From Octopus vulgaris (Eukaryota): a stretch of 64,000 bases of DNA. Positions 37,938 to 49,769 of the stretch are shown piece after piece. Numbering within the stretch: position 1 is the stretch's first letter; every line of letters starts with the position of its first letter. The stretch is taken from positions 108,872,001 to 108,936,000 of the forward strand of contig OX597817.1 in assembly GCA_951406725.2 (NCBI GenBank), given 5' to 3'. Below the pieces are notes generated by a model. The model saw only the letters and a program-made list of their open reading frames with translations, did not search any database and was not told the DNA's origin. The position numbers and the translations under genes are program-made.

Positions 37938-40900
37938 CTCATCACCAAATAATCAAAAGAAAAAGAAGGAAAAATGGTCTAGGGAAGATAATAAAGAAGT
38001 TCTTGAGGCCTTCTACCATGCCATATATTTCCCCACAGATAAGTCTAGCACTGTACAAGCATACTTAAACTGGAGACAGAAACACCCTGAAGTAAGACCC
38101 TACATAGACAGTAACAAGCTTGCCAATGTTAGAAGAAACATTATAAAAAAGAAATTACTGACTGAAGTAGAGATTGATCAGGTTAGACAAGCAATATCGG
38201 ATAAAATGAACGAAGCTGCAGCTAGAGAAGATAATACAGAGGAAATGATTATAGACCAGCCCAGGGCGGATAAAAACGAAGAGAGGATTGAAAGAGTTAG
38301 TATAAGTGAAAGGCAAAGTGAAATTCGCCCTGAACCAATCATAAACACTAAGACAGATGAGCATCAAATAGATAAAGAAAGTCACACAAATACTGACCCA
38401 ACAGAACTACATGAGCTAAAAAATCGAATCATGATTGAATGGCTGAAAATTAAAGAAACCAGCATGGATGAGCGTGATACACTTCCTAAAATCCGCAACT
38501 CTAACCAAAACATGAAAATAATTGGTAAAATCCGGCTTGCACTTAAGGATATAATTTCAGTTAATGATGTTGATATCACAAACCTCAACCACTTATACTA
38601 TGCATCCGCGAAAATCTCAACGATCCTATGTGATGTAAAGATTAGAAAACGGCAACAGTCCCACAAAAAGCCTTCTTGGCAAGAGCGTCTGCAACAACAA
38701 ATTAAAATATTTAGATCTGACATTGAATATTTGAAAAACCTTAAGGCTCACAAGACTACCAAACCTACAAAAACCCAAAAATTACTGAAAAAATACAATA
38801 TGAAAACTATACTTGATATTGATGCCACCATAGAAACCATCAAACAAAAGGTATCTGCCAAAGCTGCCCGCATAGCGAGGTATGAAAAGCGTGTTAGATT
38901 TTTCAAGGACAACAACATGTTCAAAAATAACACCAAAAATTTTTACAGGAAGATAGGAAAAACAGCGTTTACTGCAGGGTCTGTACCATCAAAAGAAGTG
39001 CAGAGATTTTGGAATAAAATCTGGGCAGAAGAAAAAACACACAACGAAAAGGCCCCCTGGATTGACAGAATATCTACAGAACTGGACCCCTTAGAAGAGC
39101 AAAAGTGGGAGGGTGTCAAGGTAGAAGATATAAGATCTGCTCTCAGGAGGTCAAGCAAATGGAAGTCTCCAGGAAAGGATAAAATTCCTAACTTCTGGCT
39201 GAATGCCTTCCCAGAGAGCCATGAACTGCTAACAGAACTGTACAATGATGTTTTGCAACACCCTAGTAGGATGCCTCCTTGGCTAGTTAATGGGTTAACA
39301 TTCCTGCTTCCAAAAAGTGAAGAAACAAATGAACCAAAAAACTACAGACCCATAACCTGCTTAACAACTATGTACAAAACACTAACATCTGTCCTGACGG
39401 AATATACCTATAGTTTTTTAACAGACAGCAGCATATTCCCTAATGAACAGAAAGGATGTAAACGTGGATCCTACGGCTGTAAAGACCAACTACTCATCAA
39501 TAAGATGATCTTAGAAGATTGTCACAAACGACACAAAAACTTATCAATAGCCTGGATAGACTATAAAAAGGCTTTTGATAGCCTACCACATAGCTGGATT
39601 AGGAAATGCCTTGAAATGTATAAGATAGCACCAACTCTGCGAAACTTCTTGACTGTAAGTATGAGATCATGGAGAACCACACTAACTCTGAACAGTGACA
39701 GTGAATCCCTAAATGCTGGTGATGTAAAAAATTTGTGTGGCATTTTCCAGGGTGACTCACTGTCACCACTCCTCTTTTGTTTATCCTTAATACCTCTCTC
39801 AAAGCTGCTCAATGACGCGCAGTACGGGTATAAAATGTTTGATAAAAATATAAATCATCTCGTTTACATGGATGATTTAAAGCTTTTTGCAAAAAATGAT
39901 CAACAACTCAAGGGCTTACTAGCGATAGTCAAACAATTCAGTGACGACATCAGAATGCAATTCGGCCTCGATAAATGTGCAAAGGCTACCTTTATCAAAG
40001 GAAAAATGACAGAAACATCTAACGTTAACATTGACCAACAGAATGTCATAAAAGAACTAGACCCAGCGGAGAACTACAAGTACCTAGGGGTAATTGAAGG
40101 GAACGGAATAAGGCATTCAGAGATGAAGGAAAGGATCAGGAGAGAATGCTATCGAAGAGTGAGAGCAATACTCAAGACAGAGCTGAATGCAAGAAACAGG
40201 ATCGAAGCAATCAATGCATTAGCTATACCAGTCGTGACTTACAGTTTCAATATTGTTAACTGGTCAATTACTGAAATATGTCAGCTCGACAGAAAAATAA
40301 GGAAACTGTTGACAATGCATAGAATGCACCACCCTAAGGCAGATACAGAACGACTCTATCTGCCAAGAAAAGAGAGAGGCCGTGGTCTTTTGCAACTGGC
40401 AATAACAATGAAGATTGCTACAATTGGCCTAGACACCTACCTGAAAAACTCTGAGGACTGGATGTTAAAACTTGTCTCAAAACATGAAAACAAGAAAGCA
40501 TCATACTCAGTCACAAAACAGGCAAAGGAATATCTAAGTGAATTCCGAATACAACCAATTTCGGAATTAGAGATAGATATACAAGAAACAAGCACAGAAA
40601 AAGCTAGGCGCATGCAAACCCGTGCCAAAACTGTGGCCTTAGATATTCTGAATAATAAATGGCAAGAAAAACCTCTCTATGGCAAATACCCAAAGAGAGC
40701 GAATAATGCAGATATCGACAAAGCCCTGACCCATCAATGGCTAATGGCCTCTGGCTTAAAATCTGAAACAGAGGGGTTTATCATAGCAGCTCAAGATCAA
40801 TGCCTACCAACAAGAAACTACCAGGCCAACATATTAAAGATCAGAAGCAGTCCAACGTGTCGTGTATGCAAGCAACAAAATGAAACCATTGACCATGTGG

Positions 40901-41643
40901 TCTCCAAGTGCAGTCTTCTAGCGCCTACAGAGTATCCCAACAGGCACGATAGAGCTGCACAATATATTCACTGGGTAATCTGTAAAAACCTGGATTTGCC
41001 CCATGAAAAAAACTGGTGGGAACACAAACCACCCCCAGTGCTTGAAAATGACCACATCTCACTCCTCTGGAACTTCACCATTCAAACTGACAGGAAGATA
41101 GATGCAAATAGGCCAGACATCATATTGAAAGACTTCAAACAAAGAACATGCCTCCTCATTGATATGACTGTCCCAATCGATATAAACGTATCTGTCAAGA
41201 CCTACCAAAAACTGACCAAATATAAAGATCTTGAAATAGAAATCAGCAAAATGTGGAAGCTGAAGACTAAAACAATACCTGCTGTCATAGGTGCCCTGGG
41301 AATGATAGCAAAAGGGGCTGATAGCTACCTAACTCAGATACCAGGAAACCCAAAAATGGCAGAAGTTCAAAAGATAGTGCTCATGGGAACTGCTCATATC
41401 CTACGCAAAATACTCTCTATGTAAACTCAAGGTTTAAAACAAACATAATTTTCGGTTTAAAAAAACAAACAAAAAGAAACACCTTTTTTTTTTTAGACAT
41501 TCATTAGTACAACATCCCCACCCCCCAAATATATGGCACACTAGGCATAACAACAACATGAACTTCCAACCCTGTTGTCTCTTGAGGTCTCTGGGTGAGA
41601 CTTGGAGCCAACTTGTACAAATATAAAGCAAAAGTCAAACATA

Positions 41644-41644
<1 letters not shown>
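37936..41644 (+). mobile_element. R4-clade (Dong-like) RLE non-LTR retrotransposon, near full length, in an (AAT)n target
   Basis: Single long RT-RLE ORF, 220-bp 3' UTR, (AAT)n on both flanks. TAA-microsatellite targeting is established for Dong elements. Confidence 0.93.
38206..41424 (+). CDS. Reverse transcriptase + CCHC zinc knuckle + restriction-like endonuclease polyprotein (1072 aa from the first ATG; frame open from 37936)
   Basis: KSPGKD, NYRPITCL, WIDYKKAFDS, GIFQGDSLSPLLF, YMDD (39865-39876), YKYLG, CRVC-x8-H-x4-C (40858-40911), RHD, RPDII...LIDMTVP (PD at 41113-41118) and KLTKYKDL. No stops or frameshifts. Confidence 0.95.
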   Translation: MNEAAAREDNTEEMIIDQPRADKNEERIERVSISERQSEIRPEPIINTKTDEHQIDKESHTNTDPTELHELKNRIMIEWLKIKETSMDERDTLPKIRNSNQNMKIIGKIRLALKDIISVNDVDITNLNHLYYASAKISTILCDVKIRKRQQSHKKPSWQERLQQQIKIFRSDIEYLKNLKAHKTTKPTKTQKLLKKYNMKTILDIDATIETIKQKVSAKAARIARYEKRVRFFKDNNMFKNNTKNFYRKIGKTAFTAGSVPSKEVQRFWNKIWAEEKTHNEKAPWIDRISTELDPLEEQKWEGVKVEDIRSALRRSSKWKSPGKDKIPNFWLNAFPESHELLTELYNDVLQHPSRMPPWLVNGLTFLLPKSEETNEPKNYRPITCLTTMYKTLTSVLTEYTYSFLTDSSIFPNEQKGCKRGSYGCKDQLLINKMILEDCHKRHKNLSIAWIDYKKAFDSLPHSWIRKCLEMYKIAPTLRNFLTVSMRSWRTTLTLNSDSESLNAGDVKNLCGIFQGDSLSPLLFCLSLIPLSKLLNDAQYGYKMFDKNINHLVYMDDLKLFAKNDQQLKGLLAIVKQFSDDIRMQFGLDKCAKATFIKGKMTETSNVNIDQQNVIKELDPAENYKYLGVIEGNGIRHSEMKERIRRECYRRVRAILKTELNARNRIEAINALAIPVVTYSFNIVNWSITEICQLDRKIRKLLTMHRMHHPKADTERLYLPRKERGRGLLQLAITMKIATIGLDTYLKNSEDWMLKLVSKHENKKASYSVTKQAKEYLSEFRIQPISELEIDIQETSTEKARRMQTRAKTVALDILNNKWQEKPLYGKYPKRANNADIDKALTHQWLMASGLKSETEGFIIAAQDQCLPTRNYQANILKIRSSPTCRVCKQQNETIDHVVSKCSLLAPTEYPNRHDRAAQYIHWVICKNLDLPHEKNWWEHKPPPVLENDHISLLWNFTIQTDRKIDANRPDIILKDFKQRTCLLIDMTVPIDINVSVKTYQKLTKYKDLEIEISKMWKLKTKTIPAVIGALGMIAKGADSYLTQIPGNPKMAEVQKIVLMGTAHILRKILSM

Positions 41645-41729
<85 letters not shown>
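41645..41729 (+). repeat. (AAT)n tract 5 (3' tail/target)
   Basis: Direct reading. Confidence 0.95.
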
Positions 41730-42524
41730 TCTTTCCACTTCAATACTTTAATCGGTTTCAAGTTACATCTAAGAATCTTCATGAGTTATATTATCAAATT
41801 ATTTTCGATCTTTTATTTTATCCAATTTACGTTTTTCCATTTCTTCGCTTGAAGAAAATAGGAAATGTGTGTCTTTTCTATGGGTACATTTTTTTATCTG
41901 ATATATTTTAATGGAACTGATTTACCAAGCGCTTTATGTAGTATGAAGCTGTTCCTAATCTTGTATAATTTATTGGATGTAATTGCTGAAAGTTCACGTC
42001 TTCATTTGAAGTTCGCCTTGCTTGTTACCGAAAGATTCCCTTTGAGTTAATGGACCGTTTATTTCTTAATTAATTAATCATTTGTTCTAATAAAAGTCCT
42101 CCAGGTCTTCTTTTTCAACATGTGACAGGAAGCTAAATGATGAATCATTCTTAAGGCATTGTGTAACTTCGCTGAAAGTCAATTTACTAATCGAGACTCA
42201 CAAATTAAATTTTGATGTCACACAATCTCGGAGCTTAAGGTTGGCATGAAGTGATGAAGTGTGATAAATGATCGATGAATATTATCAAATAGGAACTGAT
42301 AATAGTTTGAAACGGATCTTAATTTACAGTTGCACAATTGATGTAGCAGTAAATACATCGTACAAATGCCTGGTGGAACCTGAAACGTACCAGAAAACAT
42401 TTTCCAGCATAATACAGTTATCTATCTTATAATCACCTAACGATTATACAGCTGGCACTACTCTAAATCTCACGCCTTGTTTAACAACACTAACGTGCTC
42501 AGGAATTCTTTTACTGGAGAAATG

Positions 42525-42790
42525 AGGGCGCATCGGCTCGTGGTTATGAAATTGCGGTCACAATCGTGAGATCATATTTTCAATTTCTGGACAAGGTCGC
42601 CCATTTTGTTCTTGAGCAAAACACTTCATTTCACATTGCCCTGCGATCAGTTCGGACACATGTCGTGTGGATCACCATTTACCTGTTCAGGCAACATCGA
42701 TTTGATGGAGGAAGTGAGCTAATGTGCAGCACAAACATTTGATCATTATATAGAAATCGTTTCTGTAGATTGTTCAACGATAAATATCAG
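42525..42790 (+). mobile_element. tRNA-derived SINE (family C variant)
   Basis: Head gggcgcatcggctcgtggtta; core ttgttcttgagcaaaacacttcatttcac is shared with the 6526 copy. Confidence 0.7.
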
Positions 42791-43059
42791 CACTATCTTT
42801 GCCTTACTTCGAAAGGCAAATATCACATCCCTACATTCAAGCACTCAGAAATTGATTTCGGTTTCCCACTAATCTTGCATGCATTGAAAAGGTTTACAGT
42901 CCTCCTTTGACTGACAAAGCAGTAAAAAGAAATCAGTGCAAAATTTATACAGATGACTATCTAGAGGGACCACGTGCTACAGCGATTAAACATGTTTGAA
43001 TATTTTTACCTGTAAGGAAACTACTTCATCTGAAAATTATATTCAACGGTAAAATAATG

Positions 43060-43477
43060 GGGAATATGAAAAGAAGCATAAATTTGAAACCAGAATTACA
43101 GTGCTGGCAAAGTAAAGCGCTAGCTTCAGCATTGGGTCATTAAAAGAGATGGTGAAGAAAAGTTTAACTCTCTCTGCGGAATAACATTACTCGAGAGGGT
43201 GCGTACCTCGGAGACTAGGGTGTTAGAATGTTGCAGAAAGGAATCTCAAGAAGTATGTTTCAAGCCGATCCAACTGGCAGGAGATATAGAGGTAGATTAA
43301 GGACGAGATGGTCTGGTTGGATAATATCTCTAGTATCAGTTGATCGCTCTTGGGAATCTAGTCGGAAAGTATAGTGGCGGTTGCACCTGATCCAACACAA
43401 TGCAAAAAATGTCTAAGGCCTCTACACCCACAGCCATCTCAGAAATAGAGGGCGGAGAGGATGGATGGATGGATGGT
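43060..43477 (+). mobile_element. RTE-clade LINE 3' end
   Basis: Degenerate RMLQKGISRSMFQADPTGRRYRGRLRTRW (cf. RM..ER....G.RPRGRPR.RW) followed by a (GGAT)n tail. Confidence 0.7.
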
Positions 43478-44399
43478 GAGCAGTTGTGATGGATACAGGA
43501 ATAAATTGAGAAAACTGATCCCTCTCACTTGCATTGACTTCTTACAATTTTAGCAGAATAGTATATATGTTTGTATATTGGGAAAATTTGAAATAACGTT
43601 AACATTTGTAGGTCTCCTAGTGTTGGTACATTTCAATCAGTGGTAAGGTAAAGGAAAAAAATTAGTTTCATTATTCAAGTACGGTAGTAGTTGAATGATA
43701 TCCTTAAGGCCACCATTTACTCATATGAAGCATATTGATGAGATTTTCGCTAATTAAGTTTTTAATCAAATTGACAGCTATTAACATTTTGAAGAGGACT
43801 CGTTTCTAGCTACATCTTGGTATAAAAGATTGAGATTTGATCGAGTAGAAAAATGTTTACATTAAAATTTGTAGCAACTTTATAAGAGAGTAAGTAACGC
43901 CACCAATCAAGTTTAGATCTAAATAACGCTTTTAATTTTAAAAGTAAAATATATCTATCTTAGCTTCAATGATAGAAGAAAGCATGAAAAAATTCATAGT
44001 TTTGTTCCCATGCATCAAAACTCTGTAACTAAAAAGTTGTGCGGTAAAATATGAAAAAAATACATATGGCAAGAAATTGGATTTAAGTATATTTAACTTT
44101 TCTATTTTAAAACAAACTATATTTTAATTAAGTTTAAATGATAGAGTTCAATTCGAGGAATACCATGGTATCAATCTCGCGCAATGAAGTTAAAAAGAAA
44201 GGTTATAAGTGTTTGTTTCACAAATTTGAGGGTGATAATGTAGTTCTCTACTTTTTTATGAACATTGTTCTATAAAGGGACTTTTGATATATGTCAATGG
44301 CGTCATTGAGGCAAGGAAAAAATTATCAACGACACCGTTAATTGACGCATTTGACGCATTATTAATTAGTATAATAACATAGCCTGGAAAAATATGTGG

Positions 44400-45267
44400 A
44401 TTACATGGAAAAATGCGAGCAAGATAAATAATATTCTTAAGATTATAAACCTGGAAGATTACAGTACAAGTTATTAAACTAGGAAAAATTCAGGGCAACG
44501 TATTATATCTGGTAAAGTACAGAACAAGAAAAGTTTTAATTTAAATATTGCAGCTAAGGATAAAATTTGAATATTAAAAATTATTTGATTTTGATTTACA
44601 AAGTAACATTATAATTAAAAAATGATACCATCATTTTGCTAAAATATTGACACATTGGAATACTTAAAAAATGAGAGCCAGAAATACCAATATAGCTAGA
44701 GTTTTATGCAAAGTAGAATAGTATATATGGTAGGTAAATTCATTACATAAAAAATAGGCATTGGTTCAAGACTAAAAAATGTGAAGACTTGGCAAAAACT
44801 CAACCAAATTTTACTGTAAATTTGTTGTTATAGGTAGATTTTACTGTAATATATAACTATTTTATGTATTATTCTATTTATTGTACTAACAAATTATGTA
44901 CAGCTATTGTTTTTATAAACTATTTTCGAATTTCTAATTATTTATTAATAATTAAAGAAATGAATTTTTTTAAAGTGCAAAATATATTTTAAGTTATTTT
45001 TTTATTTTTAATAGAAATAACAAGTAATAAATAACAAACAGGAGTAATAACTTGTAATAATTTAGCTTTAATAAAAACTAATATATTCTAAATCTAAATA
45101 TTCTATTTGAAATTTTATCCTTACCTTCAATATTTTAAGGGAAAATTTTCTTTTTCTGTACTTTACCAGACGTAATAACTTTTCCAAGTGTGATAACTTA
45201 TACTGTAATTTTCCATGTTTATAATCTTAAGAATATTATTTCTCTTGCTCGCATTTTTCCATGTAAT
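44400..45267. mobile_element. Foldback/MITE-like element with ~160-170 bp inverted arms
   Basis: 44400-44568 is the reverse complement of 45110-45267 (attacatggaaaaatgcgagcaaga.aaataatattcttaagattataaac.tggaa.attacagta.aagttat...ctggtaaagtacagaa...taaggataaaattt). AT-rich spacer. Confidence 0.8.
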
Positions 45268-45700
45268 TATTTATATTATCGTAATCATTTCGTAAACATG
45301 TACGTTTCTGCACATGTTTCAATTTTCCTAAACATTTTTAGTGATGCATACACTTCACCGTATTTGTCGGAGTAGAGATGAGAGAATTCGTAAGTAATCG
45401 TATAACAATATGAGTAGGAGTGAATATTAGAGTATTTTGAATTATAAAGACTGAATTTTGCATACGAAACAATAGTTGGCTTAGAGGGATCTTGTGAAAA
45501 TCAACACTAGTTATTAATTCAAATAATATATAATACATATATTACAACACCTACATTTGTACACCATCTTTGCGATTTCATATCTTACCAGTGTCATTTT
45601 ACATACTCCTACGTACGGTGTTAGATATAATGAGGAGGCTGTTCGTCGACAGGTCATGTCATTCTCTACCGTCGGATCTATAATTTCTGTACACTTATAG

Positions 45701-45808
45701 ATTTTGATGTTGGTAACAGCGAAGGTGAACAAGACGAATTCCATCAAAGTATAACTGTCGCTGCTGCTCTGCACTTATCTCTGATGAGGTGCATCCCATA
45801 CAGTGTCT
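45701..45808 (+). other. Candidate internal coding exon (108 nt, phase 1-1)
   Basis: Acceptor tttctgtacacttatag|, donor |gtaagt, one open frame FDVGNSEGEQDEFHQSITVAAALHLSLMRCIPYSV, locally raised GC. No family recognised. Confidence 0.3.
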
Positions 45809-48800
45809 GTAAGTAATAGGGCTATTGCTGCTGCAGTAATTTGCCTATGTGCTTTTAATATTTGTTTATATCAAGGCGGCCTGCTGGAAGAATCGTTACC
45901 TTTCCGGGAAAAATTCTATCGTTGTATTCTGTGTACAACGGGACAAAAGGAGAACTGCACTTTCCTGTTCTTCGTACTGTATTGTGGTTTGCTATAGAAA
46001 TATAAGAAGCTCAGGGAATAGCAGATGATGGAATAAAATATCAAATTTTCGTAATCGGGGTTTGTTATTTATAATGAACTCTGGTCTACCATACAATTTA
46101 ATGAACAGTTATCCACCCTAGAGTAATAAGTGTATAAATGTTTATACTATAACATAAATATTTACACTGCAAAAACAAAAGAGGATACATCTCAAATATT
46201 TCTGTTGTTAAGTATCATTTCCAAAGACGTTGAAACTCTTTTATCATTTCCCTTGGAACGGAAGCTCTATATTTCACAAAGTAATGTGAGGTTTGAGTCT
46301 CATATATTTCCCAAGTGCATTGTCAATATAATGTAAGTGAAATTACTTTAATCTAAATTCAAAACAATGTCATTCTTACGCCTTGAACTTGTCATTAATT
46401 TCTAGAAAGTACTTATCCAGAAAGTATCTCTCGTTTAATGAGTTTTCTCGAGTACACAAGAAGCTACGACAAAACTATTCCATTTTCATCTATAACCTTA
46501 CGAACTTATTAAGTTCTTCTTTCCTATAATAACTAAGCCTGTAATATAATCGCATTTCCATAGCATTGCTCTTCATCACATCGTGAATACACTAAGAAAA
46601 TGTATTTATCATTTGGCAATGAATTTCATATCTTATTCAAAATCATGATAATCTTCAAGTATAAACTAATCTCGTATATCTAATACCGGTTCTCACATGC
46701 TTAGCCTAGCTTTTAAATTGCTTTTGGATATGTAGTTCTTCATAAGTAAGAAGAGTTATTTTTCTTTGAGAAAATATCTTACATTCTTTTGCTTTCGTTA
46801 TAATTTCTTTCGTTGTAGTTTCTAATAGTATTATTTCGAGATCTATTTTCATAATAAAACTATTGTCGAGATAAACTATTTCACACACTTTTTCTCAATG
46901 AATTGTTAAAATGTTATTCATAAGAAAATTATATTACTTGATTTTTATAATTTGTTCGATGCAGCAACATAATATCGGTTTATCTGGTTGTGAATGATAC
47001 TAAAGATGTAGAACTAAGAGAAAACAATATGATAGGGTGAAGAGAAGAAAAAATGTTCTCCTCGGGAATTTCAAATTATAGGGTTTTTAAAAAGTTATAA
47101 AGTGAGACCGAGAAAAACTCAGAACATAAAGTTTTAATATGACGATGTTTTTCTGAAAGATAATTATTAATATATCTAATACATAGCTGTATTAGATAAT
47201 TGATCGTTCAATTAATTTTCGTCATGAATTGTATCATTCTTCAGTTCAATTTTCATAGTTATCATTTCATTTTTAATTATATGTTTAGTTTTATTCTATG
47301 GTTATTAAAACACATCAAATATAAATTATATTGCTTATGAATCGTTATTTCTTTTGAAATAATGGTTAGATATTTTTCAATAATTTCTGCTTGGCGAAAA
47401 TCGATTAATTTGGCTTAATTTTAAATCAGTTTTAAAATATAGGAACAAAATAAGACTGATCATATGTGTAGGAAAAATTGCCTATGGATTACTCATTTTC
47501 TGAAGGAATATTAAGTGTAACTCGCTGATATTATAAAAACCCTGAAAGCAAGAAGTCCATGCATCGTCGTGATTGTTGTTTTTTTTATTACCTTTGTTTA
47601 ACTACGTGCCACCACTGATGTAGGAAACCTCTGCTCAATAGCTTTTCAGTCATAAAAGGTTTCATCTTGTTTTCAAATAGAATGTAGCAAACACTGCAGC
47701 AGACTTAGTTCTTTTTTCTACCAGAATGCGCAAATACACGGGAATCCCCAGTTCACGTTAAGCCATATTTGAATATTTTTCTTTTTGAATGCTTTTGAAG
47801 GCTAACGGTTCTTATAATAACTGAGGACTCATAATATTTGATAATTGGTAGGAAGTATACATAGTATTGGTACAATAGGCAAAGACGTATGTCACCTATT
47901 AGTGTTTAGATTGCAGTAATAATGGCCAATCAAATTATGAAGTTGGTATAGAATAAAAAAAGATAGTTCATAAGAAGTAACACACTCTCAATTGAAATAT
48001 TCATTACATATCTTATCCCTCTTAAAATATTTTCATATACTCTTTTATCCTTTTACTGTTCTCAGTATTTGGACTGATGCCATACTAGCACACAGGCTTT
48101 AAGCGTTTTAGTCACTCATACTTGCTAAATCTAATTTCATAAAACTCAAATACGACTTTTGTGATGGAAATAACACACTTAACAATTAACTATGAAATCG
48201 CATTTAACTGGAGGGTATTTTGAAGATAATGAGAACATCCACTTCCTTCTGACTAAAACACGGGAAAGGAAAAGAAAATTAAATAGATTGAGTTCAAATG
48301 CGTCAAGTTTTACAAAAAACGTATTTAAAACCCAGTTTGAAATCTCCAGCAAGATCACACCTAATTGCTTGAAATAGCAACCACAGATACCTAAAGTCAT
48401 CTTAAGTCATGTGAGATATATCGATGCCTTTAGAGCACAAGTGATCACAGGTGTGCCCAGGATTAGACAGCAAAAATAAAACTGTTGAAAATAAGAATGC
48501 CACATGAAACATGTAGGTTTTCTCCATTAAAGTAAATATGAATGAAGAGGATTTAGAAGAAAAGCGTCAAATTTTATTTTGCAGTTATAAATCATTTATA
48601 AAACTTACTTAAAATAGACGTTATTTCATAATTAAAACTATTTACATTGACCAATGCAGTGATATACTTAATTTTTAACATTAGCAGAAATATTTTAAAA
48701 GTATCGAAGACTTAAGAGAGTTCAAGAAACTGTTGTAAAAAAAAAAACATTTGTAGATTACTTTTGGGGTGGGTTTCATTCGTAATATGTTCATGCATAC

Positions 48801-48823
48801 ATATCTTTCTCTTTCTATCTTTC

Positions 48824-48858
<35 letters not shown>

Positions 48859-48897
48859 GTCTTCCTTTCTCTCTCTCTTTCTTTATCGATCTATCTA

Positions 48898-48942
<45 letters not shown>

Positions 48943-49153
48943 GGATGTGTGTGTGTGTGTATTTTTTCCTTGTTTACAATTAACACGGAAAAAATAAATA
49001 AACAGTTACCAGGGCGGCAAAAGATCACACAAGTAATAAGGACGTAACACCCTGTTTGTAAAGGTAGAAACTCCGGGTTGATGTGAAGTATTTTGTATAA
49101 TATATATAAATAAACAAATGGAGTTCAACGTAGGTGTTATTCAAATTCTTTTA

Positions 49154-49240
49154 CTTCCGGCATGTGTTTCGAAGATAACATTGGTATTATTCCAAAGGAA
49201 TAAATTGGTGTAAAGCAATGTAATCTTTTCATGAGGGAAA
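49154..49240 (-). ncRNA. Degenerate type I hammerhead ribozyme (two core substitutions)
   Basis: Minus strand: uuucc-CUCAUGA-aaagauuacauug...caauguuaucuuc-GAAAC-acau-GCC-ggaag. Stems I and II pair; the core has CUGA>CUCA and GUC>GCC. Confidence 0.6.
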
Positions 49241-49309
49241 GAAAGAAAGAAAGAAAGAAACCAAACTCATCAATAAGACATTTTAGAATGTGATGGATGT
49301 GGATAATGA

Positions 49310-49745
49310 TGAACAGAACAGGGATGTACAAACCATACCACAAACCAAACGATTTTCTTAGATACATAAATATAAAGTATCCACCATCCATAACCAAAGG
49401 AATAGTTAGGTCCATAGCCACCAGAATAACACGCCTATCAACCACCGAGACAATATTCAACATACGTGCACCTTACTGCAATAAAGCACTAGCTAGGGCC
49501 GGGTATAAGGAAAAGATCGAGTTCACACTTAAAGTAGAAAACACACACAACATGAAAGGTAACAACAAACAAATAACAATAAAAACAAAAAGATCAAGGA
49601 AAGTTAGGACAGAAATAAACAGAACCGCAAAGAATAAGATTAGTATTAAAAACGATACGCAAGATACTAACAATACACAAAATAGGCTAAAAGAACCAAA
49701 CAAAAGATACAAATATTCCGAGGTCCTATGGTTATTTTTCAAAAT
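49310..49745 (+). mobile_element. Penelope-like element fragment (RT thumb and linker)
   Basis: YKPYHKPNDFLRYIN..PPSITKGIVRSIATRITRLSTTETIFNIRAPYCNKALARAGYKEKIEF matches the PLE thumb pattern YxPYxKPN..YI..SNHPPSI...I..RI..LS....F....PYY..AL..SGY. Confidence 0.85.
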
Positions 49746-49769
49746 CAAAATTATCAAAGTTTTTTTATA

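Noticed and set aside
37763-38068. Poly-Asn ORF as a true N-terminus of the retrotransposon protein
   Set aside because: It is in a different frame from the RT ORF, starts inside the neighbouring insert, and its poly-N is simply the target tract.
38155-40628. Minus-strand ORFs overlapping the retrotransposon
   Set aside because: Antisense shadows of the long coding frame.
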